Origin: Amphiscolops sp. MND2022
Lineage: Eukaryota
DNA: 64,000 nt
Assembly (NCBI GenBank): GCA_964187785.1
Contig: OZ076411.1
Coordinates: 54,312,001-54,376,000, forward strand
Reading direction: 5' to 3'
Made by a program: the position numbers and the translations under genes. Below are positions 46,001 to 58,028 of the stretch, piece after piece. Under the pieces are notes generated by a model. The model searched no databases. It was not told where the DNA came from and saw only the letters and a list, made by a program, of their open reading frames with translations. The stretch's first letter is position 1; each line of letters opens with the position of its first letter.

Positions 46001-49000
46001 AACCACAGAAAGTGGTGAAGTTCAAAAATTCTCACAATTGAACGATTTTCCCTATATGTCTTTTCGTCAAAATTTACCTGTTCCTTCCTTTGTAACTTGT
46101 AATTTTGGCCACCGAAATCCCAGACACACTCCTGAAAACTAGGGAAAAAGGGAATGCCAACTCAAGTTCATCCCTTTCAATGTGAAGCTGCTGTAAGATT
46201 TGTTTTCCTCTTCAAAAGTTTGTTGGAACAGTAATAGCACGTGGCTTCAGGATTCTGAAGGTGCCGTCACGTTGTTACTGGAAGACGTAGCAGCAATAGA
46301 ATTCCTGTTGAATTGCAGAATCGAAATTAATGTGCGGTGAAACTAAGTTTTTGTACTTTGCGATTTGGGAATCCACGGCTCAAAGCCACCCTTAAGAAAG
46401 TACTGTAGTATACCCCTGTTGAATTATCGCTTTTACCTCATTTATGAGCTTCATGTTCATCGTTTGACGCCGCTGATTGAATTCGAATGCTTGTTACTAA
46501 TTCCTTGTTGCCATAGCAGATTTGCCAGCCTTTCAGAAGCTGGCTTTTTCTGTAACTATAAAAAATCTGGAAGGATGTGTGAATCAAAGTTTTATGTTTT
46601 GTGTCATCAAAGATGTAAGAAAATTGAAGTCTAATCTAATCGACCATAGTATTTCGACTGTTTACCAACCTGAAGTTCATATTGCAGGGAAAAGGATCAG
46701 AATTTTCTTCAATTTTTTATCAATCGAATTTTTTGTTCTCAAAAAATGAAGTTGTCTTCACTGGTCAGCGCTTATATGAAACATAAAAGCCGGCTATTGC
46801 AGTCGTTCTAGTTTTTTTTCAATCCGGTCGAAGTGACCAAATAATTTTTCCTTCCAGTCTCTGACTGATCTAAAGACAGCCAGAAGATAGATATAAAGGG
46901 TACGTCTTCGTTTTTTGAAGAAAAATTTTACCCAAAATTGCAAAATCATTTTAGGCCTCGGGATTTATTTGGCCTTGCGGTTTTTCATTTCACAAAAGTC
47001 TCCGTTCAAAAATATTTCCAGTTAGAAATTTTTCCAGCCGAAAGGGGCTTTACCTTATTTACTTCGATCATCTGGTACATAAAAAGATACCTTCACTCAT
47101 GGCATATAGACCCAAACTAACTTTCTGACTACGGCGTATGGTTGTTTGAAAATTATGCGATGGTAATTGTTGTAGTTACGACAAGAGCAATTTTTAGCCA
47201 AAATTGTTTTCCTCACTTCTGACTTACTTGTGCTCAAAATTGTTGAAAAATTTCAAGTTCAATCGACCCCCTGAATTTACTGCAGCATCTAATGTTTTGA
47301 TTTAGAAATAATTGTAAAAAAAAAGAATTTTTCGTTAAAAAAGATGTAAAATTAGGCTTTTTCGAAATTACATGTGATGAGATATGATTTTGAAACAAGC
47401 TCATACGAATACAATTTACATATTCTCGATTCGAAATGTTCGGGAGTTTCTAAACCAAAATTATTTTCCAATCAAAAATTGTGTGAGTGGATCAAAATTC
47501 AAAAAACAAAAATGTTTCGAAAATAGCTCTCGACTAATAAAATGAGCTCGTGAGACTTTAATTAGCCAATGAGATTTGCTCATCCGCATGCTATATTGCT
47601 TCTAATAACTAAAGACTAGACCATTGAAAATGTAGCTTAATCGTTATAAAAGGCATTTGTTCACCAAGGAAAAATGATTTTAGACAGAAACTGCTGCGAT
47701 GAATCGTTAAACTGAAATTAAATCGACGTTTTAATTCAAAAAGTCCTTTCCGCGAAAATTCTGTGCGAACCAGCTGTGATAGTCTATTTGTTCTTCAGTT
47801 TGATTTTTGGACCACTGTAGAGCGCATCCGTACACAATTGGACACGGGACTAATCTACTTTTGCTTTAACTGGTTGAAATTTTTTTAGTCAATTAATTTA
47901 TCGGTTAACTGGTCCGGCTGACGTTTCATCATCCTGATGTCTAAACGGGTTTCCATCACCGTTGGTCTTGTTAGAAAAAAAACATGCAAAATAGATCAGT
48001 CGAACGTGTTTTTCTTGAGTTAGGACAAAAACTTTTAAAAATTTTTGGAAACCCAATACTTTAATCGAGAGAATTGTTTACAAGATCTCTCATCGCGATT
48101 GGTAATGACACGTTGAATTGTTGCCCGAGAATTGTTGTTGAAACTAGCATAAGTAACTATGCTGTTCGAAGCCATGAATGCATATCTTACATGGATAAAC
48201 AGCCAAACTGATAACTTGTGGAGGAACTCGGATACTTAAGCGTCAGCTTCTGGTTTCCCAATAAATGCTAAACTACCCAAGTAGTATCATTTATTCGACT
48301 TCTAATTACTAAAAACTTCAACTCATTCAATCACTACTTTCAAAAGCGTGATCCTCAGAGCTCTTGACGAATTGAGGGGACTCTTTCAGCCTTCACTGAA
48401 AACTACCGAAACAACATTTCCTTCAGCGTCATAGAAGTATCATAATGTCAAGATAGCATTATACACTGAGTTGGAGCAGCTTTGGTTTCTCAAGAGATCT
48501 AGCAAACTTTCTTGAGTCACTCTGCGAACATTGGACAATGCATTGCAACTACTACTTGGCAGGGAGTGGAACAGACCAAAAAGAAGGAACCAGATTGGTT
48601 TTCCAGACGCACCAAGGAAGACATAGTATCGTGATTTTTTACTACTGGACTTTTTATCTCCTGTCAACATTATTCAGTTTTCAAGTTCTATGTAAAAAGC
48701 TTGGCTCGGCACAACAAAAAATTTCTACAAAACTCAAAAAGTTAACGAACCCTTAGAAAAAATGTACATCAAATTTGGTCTTTAAATAATTAAACATGGA
48801 TTCCACGAAAAACTCATCGAAAAACGCCAACTGCAAATTGCAATGAAAAACATCAGAATCAGAAATAACAAGGTTTTTATTAGAACTTGATCGAACTCTA
48901 CAAATAAGTTCGATGTTTCATCTCTAGAACTGTGAAAGTACTCAAAGACAAGTAACCTTCAGCTACTTTTAACCCTCAAAAACAGATCGATTTTTTAAAA

Positions 49001-49423
49001 CCAAAATCGGGCTTCTATGTTTTGTCAAAAAACAATAAAAAAATTCATTCGTCGATGCTGAGTTTTAAAAGTAGCAATAATTTAAGAGAACATCAAAGCT
49101 GAAAAACAAACTTCTAAAGCTGAAAACTGATTTCATGTATGATTTGCTTTTTAAAGAGATTTCAAACAAGATAACGTTTTGATTGTTTTTCTGCTAATTC
49201 TCAAACTTGAGTGGTACAAAAAATGCCAAAGGGTGTCCCGTGGGCTCGGGAAACGTTTCTCTTTGAAAATGTCAAAGATCAAAATTTGGTGGGAAAATAT
49301 TTTGTTTCTGAAAAAATTCACCCAAAAGTGTACATTACCCAAAAAACTTGAAGAGGGAAACCTTTAGGCTCGAAAAACGTCTTCTGCAAATTTGAAACGG
49401 GGAAAACTAAAAAAGAATTTCTC

Positions 49424-52400
49424 TGTGATATGAAAATTTGACTGTGAATGACTCAATGGATTTTTTGAATGAGTTTATCAATGAACTTTTCATTTCAATA
49501 AATTTCATGATGACCTTCTCATTCACGACTTATTCACTTTTTTAGTTCTACTTTGCCTTGACTGGTCAGACATTCCTTGCTCTCAATGAATTATGGACAT
49601 TATCATATAGACTGAATGTAACAAACTATGATGAATGAACATTGACATTACTGAATAAACGCAAGAGATTTGTAACTAAACCCACCTATTTCTAACATGG
49701 CGTCCAACGTGTTCATGGCCCGAATCTACGAAACAACCCTGCAAATCCATTTTGCTCTGCAAAGATACTTTTAGGGGATAAAATTGGGAAACAATTTTCA
49801 AATTTGTGTTTTGGTATTTTCTGAGGGTGTCTAGTGAGCAAACTTCACCACAGTCTAAATATCCATCACATTTGTCTAAATTTCTTTCCAACAAGTCCTT
49901 CCGCCTTTCCTTTTCCATTCATCCGCTTTTTACTCAAAAAACCCCACTTCAAATCGATAATTTATTTGGAAATACAAAACGATGCCAAACAATAGTTCCA
50001 AACCCAAACCAACGCTCGCTCTTCGCAATTTCCAGTTTGTTCAGATTCGCCACATCCACCATCAAATCAAAACGGCGGTTGATAACCAGGACACTTTCTT
50101 TTGCATCCAAAAAGCCGAAAGTGATATTGAACGTCTTCTTTTAGACGCCCACGAGTCCACTACATACTTGATTGACAATGTGCCTCAGGACACCACAGCA
50201 GAACAAATAATGAATGATTTCATGGATCTCCAGGATGAATCCTACGCTGTGATGAGACTTTTAAAAGAAACTCAACTTCAGCATACCACGACAACTGGGA
50301 GCAATTCTCCATCAACCAGCACTGCTGTACCTCCCAACCCACAGTTGTCACCGCAAGTAATAACGGGTTGATCCGACAACAATCAGCACACGTCTCTGCG
50401 CAATGATGTCCAAACGTCAAATGCGAGTTGTCCGAAATTGAGAATTACTCCATTTGACGGTAACCCAATGAACTAGAATCTCTGGTTCGGTTTATTCAAA
50501 ACCTTGATTGATAGTAAACCACTCCACGATGCTGAGAAGATGTTACACTTACAAACGTTGACAGTTGGTCGTGCCAACGAAGCAATTCGCGGCTTCTCAT
50601 GTAACAGTTCGATGTACCAGGCTGCTTTAGATGAAATTGAACACCGTTTTGGACGGCCTGACATAATTGTCAACAGTTTCCTTGACAAATTACGTACTTT
50701 TAAAACGCCAAGTTTCCAAAATCCAACAACATTCATAGAATTCTCTTTGTTTGCGAACAACTTAGTAGAATGTTTCCGTCATTTAGGTTTTGAGAACGAT
50801 CTGAATTCGACAATTTACACTCAAATCGCAGCTGATAAGTTGTCGCTGAATGACCGCCTCCGTTGGAACGAATACATTGTACAAAATCAGATTACACGTG
50901 TAACTCTGTTCGATTTCAACCGATGGTTACAATTTGCACTAGCTTGCGATCGGATGCCAAATGTGACGCAATCCAACCGCCCCAGCAACAATTTCGACGA
51001 CCGTCCTCGTCATAGTGCTCCGTCTTTGCGACCTGACCAACCTAAATGTCCACTCGATAACCAAAACCACTACCTTGGACATTGTGAAACCTTCAAAGAG
51101 ATGTCCGCTGGAAGTAGAAAGAAGAAATGCCTTGAACGGAAACGTTGTTTTATTTGCTTGGATACACATACAGTAAAGGAATGTAAAAGTCAATCTCGAT
51201 GTAAATCCTGCAACGGTACGCATCATACATTGCTCCATGAGCCTTCATCATCCAATGAGAAACGACACCCTAGTCAATCGTTAACTACCATTGATAGCCA
51301 CAACGCACTCAAAGGAATTAAGCCTTCACAACTACTTCAAGTGCTACCCGTATCTGTGAGTTCGAACTATATTACCCTCAACACGTACGCTCTGCTCGAC
51401 ATGGGTAGCACCTGCAGTTTTCTTCTTCAGGACTCAGCCGACAAAATCAATCCTTCTTCTCGACTAGCGCAACCAGCCGAGCATATTTTTGTCAAAGGCA
51501 TTCATAAATCCGTGGAACTTGAGGTACACCCAGTTAGCGTTCAAGTCAAACGTTTCGCAATGGAGTCCCCTGCCACTGACATCAACAACTTACTTGTTGT
51601 AAACACCCTGAAGTTCGATCACGCGACGCCCGCAGTTTTGAACAATTTGTGTGAGAAGTATAGCCATTTGAACGATTTCACATTTCCATCGTTTTCCAAC
51701 AATCAAATCACTATGTTGATAAGAATTCACAACTTCGATTTGATTGTGCCAACTAAAGTTCTCACTGGTCCTCCAAATACACCTAAAGCAGTTGAATGTT
51801 AACTTGACTGGAGCAATACTGGACGAAACAATATCAACACGATTTGCACTTCATCAACGACACTTCACGTCTCAGTCCAGTCTGAAGATGATAAATCTTC
51901 GGATTTGGTGTCCAATTGGTGGCGACTAGAGTCACAAGCCACTTCTCGGGAATTAGCTCCTTCCAAAGATGTCCGCCGCGCCCTAACAATATTGGAAAAA
52001 ACGACCAAACATGTCGATGGTCGTTATGAAGTTGGCCTTCTATGGCAGAAAAACGCTGCATTGCCAAATAATTATGCCGCTGCTGTCAGTCATTTCATCA
52101 AAATTAAAGAAAGACTTGAAAATGACAAAAAACTATTCGAACTTTACTCAAAAACAATTTCCGACGACATTGAACGAGGTTTCATCCGCAAAATGATCAC
52201 ATTGATATACCTGAAACGGGTTAGCTGCTACCAGAACATCCAGTAACTAATCCCAATAAACCGGGTAAGGTCCGCAGAGTTTCGAATGCTGCCGCAAAAT
52301 ATCGAGTTGTTTGTCTAAATGACTTGTTTTTAACGGGCCCTGATCTCCTTGCAAATTTAGTAGGCGTGATATTCGAGTTCCGGGAGAAACCAATACCAAT

Positions 52401-54775
52401 CTCTGCTGATATCGAAGCGATGTATATGCAGATTTCCGTTCGCCCTGAAGATAGAAAATTCTTAGGATTTCTCTGGGGGAAAGACGAAGCTCAAATGTAC
52501 GATTATAAGCGTCATGTTTTCGGGGCAAAGTGTTCACCAACTTGCGCTAACTACGCCCTGCAAAAATGTGCTTCAGATCAAAAGGAATATTATCCAGCTG
52601 TTCACAGAATAATTCATGAAAACTTTTACATGGATGATTTGTTTCTTTCAGTTGACACAATAGACGAAGCAAAGTCTGTTATCAACGATCTCAGAAACGC
52701 TCTGCGACATGGAGGTTTCAATTTATCAAAATGGGTCAGCACTAACATATAATCTCAACTGTTTGCCGAGCGATGGACTTAGAGCGCCTCCAGGTAAACA
52801 AATTTCACATGACCGTGTACTTGGTGTGCATTGGAATTTAAACGAAGACACATTGAGCTCAAAAATGACTCCGATGAACCTCATCAGATGTGACATGACA
52901 CAAAGACAGCTATTGCAGGCAATTTCTTCGATTTTCGATCTTCTTGGAATTGCAACCCCGGTAACTTCCGACTTCGGATGATATTGCAAACTGTTTGGCG
53001 ATCAGCAGAGACAAGGGACGAGCCCTTGACGGCTGAAATGTTTTCCTGTTTGAAACAAATTGCCTCTGAATTGGTCTGCTTGCAACCGCTAGCAATACCG
53101 CGACAATACTTCATTAGCGACCAACAGTCAGTAGACCCTCATGTGTTCCTGTGTCGCCTCATACGCCGCTATATGTGCTGTTGCCTACTTTGTTCTCAAT
53201 CAAGGTGATACACTTAGTGTTGTTTTCGTCTTCGGAAAAAGCTCGAGTCGCTCCCATTGAACAGCAAACTATTACTAAACTTGAATTGCAAGCTGCCCTT
53301 CTGGGATCACGTATCTGAAAATTTATCTGCCGTGAGCATCGCATCACTTTGTCTCGTACTTTGTTTTGGACCGATAGTAGTACTGTTTTGCAATGGATAT
53401 ACGGTTCCGCTAATCGACAGCAATTTTTCGTTGCCAACCGAGTGGCCGAAATTCTTGAAACATCTCAGCCCTGCCAATGGCGACACGTGCCTGGACTTTT
53501 AAATCCAGCTGACGATGGTACTCGTGGGCTCAAAGTTTCTGATTTTACGGTCTCCTCCCGTTGGTTTACTGGACCTGATTTTCTTGCAAAGAAAGAAAGT
53601 CACTGGCCGGTAAATAACATTCCCACTGCACCATGTACCGAAACGGAGGTATTGTTTTTTGCCAAAGCAGACTCTAGACGTTTTCCAGAACCATTATTTG
53701 ATAGCAACCGTTTCTCTAAATGGAATCGCCTCCTCAGATGTTGTGCCTTTGTTCAGAATGCCATAGCTAAACTCCGAAAAACTTTGTCTACGACTGCTAC
53801 TGCTCTCACCGCCACTGATTTGCAGAACTCCCGCATCATTTTATGCGGGCAACAAAGACATCAAGTCGTAGAATCCATTTTCCTTTTGTTCGTCGGGTAA
53901 CCGCTCGGCAAAACTCTCTCCTTTTCTTGATGAAAACAGATTACTTCGATCCCGCAGTCGCCTCGCGAACTCCCAATTTGACTACGCGGTTGAAAATCCC
54001 ATTATTTTGGACGCGAAAGATCCACTTGTCAGACTCTTCATTTTTCAAACGCATTGCGACAACCACCACTCAGGCGTTGAACATACTAGAAATACCCCTC
54101 AACTGCATTACTGGGTTTTTTTGTCGCGCTGTTCTCAGGCAGGTAATAAATGCTTGTCATGCTTGTCGGCGTCAGAAAGCCGCCTGTCTTCCACCTCAAA
54201 TGGCAGATCTTCCCCTGTGCAGGTTTCCTACCGATAAACCGTTTCCGTTCCTTCATTGTGGTCTGGATATTTTTGGTCCTTTTCCAGTTTTCAATTAATC
54301 CACGGATCCAGTGCATCAGAAGCGCTATGGACTCTTGATCACTTGCTTGATAACCAGAGCGGTCCACGTGGAATTAACATACAGGCTGTCTGCGGACTCC
54401 TTCATAAATAGTTTCCGACGTTTCGTCTCTCGTCTAGGATGCCCTCGTAGCATAAAGTCTGACAGGGCCACCAATTTTGTGGGTGCTAACAAAAGTTTGA
54501 ATGAAGCCATCAAAGTCCTGAACTCTTTCGATATTGCCAATTTTTTTGCAGTCAAGGAAATTCATTGGGAATTCAATGCTGCGTCAGCACCACATTTTGG
54601 CGGTGTTTGGGAGCGCCTGATTCGGTCATTCAAAGACTCTATGTATTCAGTCATTGGCTCAAAAATGCTGACAGATGAAATTCTTTTGACAGTTTTTGCT
54701 GAAGTCGAAAGCTTTCTCAACGCACGACCTTTGACGTATGTCTCTTCTGATCCTGAAGATATTGAGTCACTTATT
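49424..54775 (+). mobile_element. BEL/Pao LTR retrotransposon, degenerate and 3'-truncated, copy 1
   Basis: 5' LTR ~49424-49697 (TG...CA, aataaa) followed by PBS tggcgtccaacgtg. gag with triple Cys/His knuckles, protease YALLDMGSTCSF, RT SADIEAMY/FYMDD, Pao RNase H FWTDSSTVLQWI, integrase HCGLDIFGP/KSDRATNF/GGVWERLI. No 3' LTR. The LTR start is approximate. Confidence 0.93.
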
Positions 54776-54914
54776 GAGTCACTTGAAGATACAAATTTCT
54801 CCGCTATGAAATGAGTTGCCTTATTTGATAAAGCTGTTTTGAGAAACGGACTTTCCCATGCAAAAATGGCGGAACGCGAGTAGAAGTTAATTATATATTA
54901 GATCTGTCACAAAT

Positions 54915-55730
54915 TTTCCAACATCACTGAATGGTAGTGCTGAGTTGATACGATAGCTTTGTAGCTCTGGTTTGTTTGGGTATCTGTAACTTTTGCTGTA
55001 TATTTGACGGCAGGTATTGCGTTTTCTGATAACTTGTTGGGTGAAACTTCTTCCTCTGGGTAATCAGAAGGTGTAGTACCAGGTGTATTAAAATTGTTCT
55101 AGTTCTGGAGTGTGGAGTTCTCACATGACAGTCTTCCATCATAAGATTTGTTAAATGGTTCTGGGTTAGCAGTATGGGTTGTTTTGTTTAAGTGATAAAA
55201 TGCTCCAATTTCGCAAACGTCCTCGACATCAGAAGACGCCTTGTTGATCGATGGCGAGTCCGAGACTCCCGTTGGTTTTTTTTCTAGGACGTATCAGTTT
55301 AATTGCTTCAGGGTAAGATGGTTCTTGTGATTGACAAATGATGTTAGTGATGTCGAAGAGTAGAGAGTGATCTCCTTTCTTCCGTTCGAGTGAGAGGTTG
55401 CGGTTCGTGTTTTACTTTGGAGTTACTATTGCTGCAGTAAGGTGTTTGTTTCAACTTTGTCGGGAAACGAATGACCCAGGCGCATGTACGAATCATTTTC
55501 ATCAAATTAGAAGGACGTGTCTTGTCGATTACTGTTACGGGTAACAGTGGTAACAGTGCCGATGCGAATGTGGGTGTTGTGAAGTTGCAGAAAATTGCCG
55601 AGTGCTCTGTTATCTCTTCTATCAATTCAAGTGAACCTGTTGCCTTCTTCAGTTGTACACTGTATTTTTGTGATTCTGCTACTGCGTTGATAGTGGTCAG
55701 TGTTAAGGGTTTCTCAAAAAACATCAAATA
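54915..55730 (-). mobile_element. Fragment of a second BEL/Pao element (RNase H to integrase N-terminus); partial copy at ~63520-64000
   Basis: MIRTCAWVIRF, LAIDQQGVF*CRGRL, MMEDCHVRTPH, TCRQ...SALPFS. Confidence 0.7.
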
Positions 55731-56419
55731 CAGGTATTGAATTAGGTTTAACCCGGAATAGTATTGTTGTACGTTTTTGCACCACTCAAGATCTGAAAAC
55801 TACTAAAGGCACCAGCTGACCGTATGGTAACGAAAACTCTTGAATACGATTTTCAGACTTTATTACACAGCAGGATTCAAAAAAAATTCAGTGAAATTGT
55901 GCTCAAAAAGTTTTTCCTGTTTCCTTCATTGGCCACTTTATACCATTGGGGACAAGATTGTGTCAAAGTGACCGTAGCTTGTTTTGAAACATGCTGAAAT
56001 GCAGTCAGAGACACGACGCGTGCAAAGTTTCGGCCATCATTGTAAAAATCAAAATGAAAGCCCTACTTCTCCTCTTTTGAACGCGCTAAAAGTTTTCGTC
56101 GGACCTGAATAGTTTTTGAGATATTGCGGTTTGAAGTTTTAGCACCAGATTTTTGGGTGGATCTCGAAAATTCTTACTCCAATCCGAGTTAAAGCGTGTT
56201 CCAGTAGTCCTAATTTCTCTTCTTTCTAAATTCAGTCAAGTAAATAAGGCACTACCACTCTTGTCAATCACCGTCCCAGTAGACCGACAGAAGCAAATCA
56301 AAAAGAAAAAAGCTCAACCCACGCTGATCGTTAAGTTGCAAAGATGGAAGCCAGTTCCAACAACACAGTACTACATGTAATAAATTTCTTCATAAGCATT
56401 TCTGTTGTTCACTATTCCT

Positions 56420-57250
56420 ATAACACATGAACACATGCCGCTTTGCCGATTTGTAAAGCCATAGGAATACGTTGCTTTTAAAAGCTACAGGCTCGCTGAT
56501 CGTGGGAACGTCAGGGAAACTTACAGAGGCGCGTTATGAATTTCTTGCTACTTTCACCTAATGCATACTATACTGCCAGTGCCACCGTGCGAAACATGTA
56601 TCCGTTGTTAATTAATCATTGATACCTACAAGAACGCGTGATTCTGCATCAGTGTCGGAGATTCCAGTGTTGACCAAGGAGCCTTGTTTCAAGCGACTGG
56701 GTGCAAAAGCATCGGTAACGGTCACATCCCATACCTTGACAAGTATCATGGTAACACCGTCTGGGCGTTTGCCGTAGGTTTGGTACAGTCTACAGGGTTC
56801 CAGTATTGAAAGAAAGGCGAGAGATCCCAACTTCTGCTTTTAAGTGCTTTTCGAGTTTACCTTGGCGTGTGAAGCGACCGGCACTTTTCGTGCAAGAAAG
56901 ACCTTGTATACCGTCTCAAAGTGGCATGTGTGCTCCAAGGCGTTGTCCAGCAGAAGTATCTATCTGCTAATCGTCAAGCACAAGTCCCAAGGTTTCACAG
57001 GAAACGACGTTCAACAACTGTGGCACGGAGTTACCTTGATGAGTGTTGAAAATTTTCGATCGTTTTTCGTCCTTCTTTGAAATACCTTTCCAAGCAGTAC
57101 TCTGGAACACTGGTTTCATTGGGTCCCATCGATAGGAACCTCCGTTGTGTTCGTAACAACCAATCATTTCTCAAGCGTTCTTGCGAATAAAAAATACTCG
57201 AAGTAGCTGACAAAATGGTCCTTGGGAAATCACGCGCTGGTTGAAGCACG
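56420..57250 (-). mobile_element. 3' fragment of a CRE-clade non-LTR retrotransposon (restriction-like endonuclease type)
   Basis: ETLGLVLDD, GLSCTKSAGRFTR (knuckle), GKRPDG...VWDVTVTDAFAPS (REL), DPRSAS...QRIPMALQIGKAAC; multiple frameshifts. Confidence 0.78.
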
Positions 57251-58028
57251 TGCTGGTTCGCATGATTTACGGAAGCTTCGGTAAACTGGAACAGGTTAAC
57301 ATGTAAACTTCAAGATACGCATCCATTTAAACAACGGTTTCCGTTTTTTTTAAAGTCATCAATTTTCTTCTCCGGTGATTCTGTATATGATGTTCGTTTA
57401 GCGGTGACCTGAGAACGACAAATTTGTCTCACGTTGATCCCCAGGAAGCCTTATTGATATGCAGATAAAGTCGTTGATTGTCGCTTTTGGATGCACCTAC
57501 CCGAAAAATGTATACGCATTTTGATTTTCGATTTTGAGTAGTTTTTTTCCTTCATTTTGTTTTTCAAAAATCGTTCTTCACTGTTTTGTAATTGTCACTT
57601 AATTTTCCGACTGGAATTCCGAACTTCCGTTTGGGTTTCAAAAGTTTTGTCAAGCATGAACTGTCTTTCGAGAGAATTGAATGCGTTTTCAAAGGCTTTA
57701 ATATGTTTGATGTTTTCTTGGTCATGGACTTTCAGCGAGAATACGAAAAACGTGTGAGGCTTATTCGGCGCTCCCCTTGGTACGAACGCCTACTTGACGA
57801 CCTTTATCGTCTGTCGCAATTCAAAAACATGGTAAGCTGCACATTTCGCAGAAATCCGCTGAATATTGTTGCCAAAGGTAATAGGGCGAAGTCCTCCATT
57901 AGATTTCTTCAGCGCAATCAATTTAACACCGAAGAAGTGGGGAGAAGAGGGATTGAAGAGGGAAACCTTTAGGCTCGAAAAACGTCTTCTGCAAATTTGA
58001 AACGGGGAAAACTAAAAAAGAATTTCTC

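Noticed and set aside
46078-46131. WDFGGQ (Roc GTPase G3 motif) in an exon-like AG...GT segment
   Set aside because: No G1 P-loop or matching downstream residues nearby; all three frames are open and the surrounding frames are full of stops. Probably chance.
46340-46415. SL RNA gene at the isolated TACTACAGTACTTTCTTAAG motif
   Set aside because: No canonical AG|GT donor directly after the motif and no Sm-binding site downstream.
27900-49300. Numerous 60-160 aa ORFs in the supplied track (e.g. 35211-35702, 37767-38120, 41306-42404)
   Set aside because: They are translations of non-coding repeats or antisense shadows of real exons; low-complexity F/K-rich composition and no domains.
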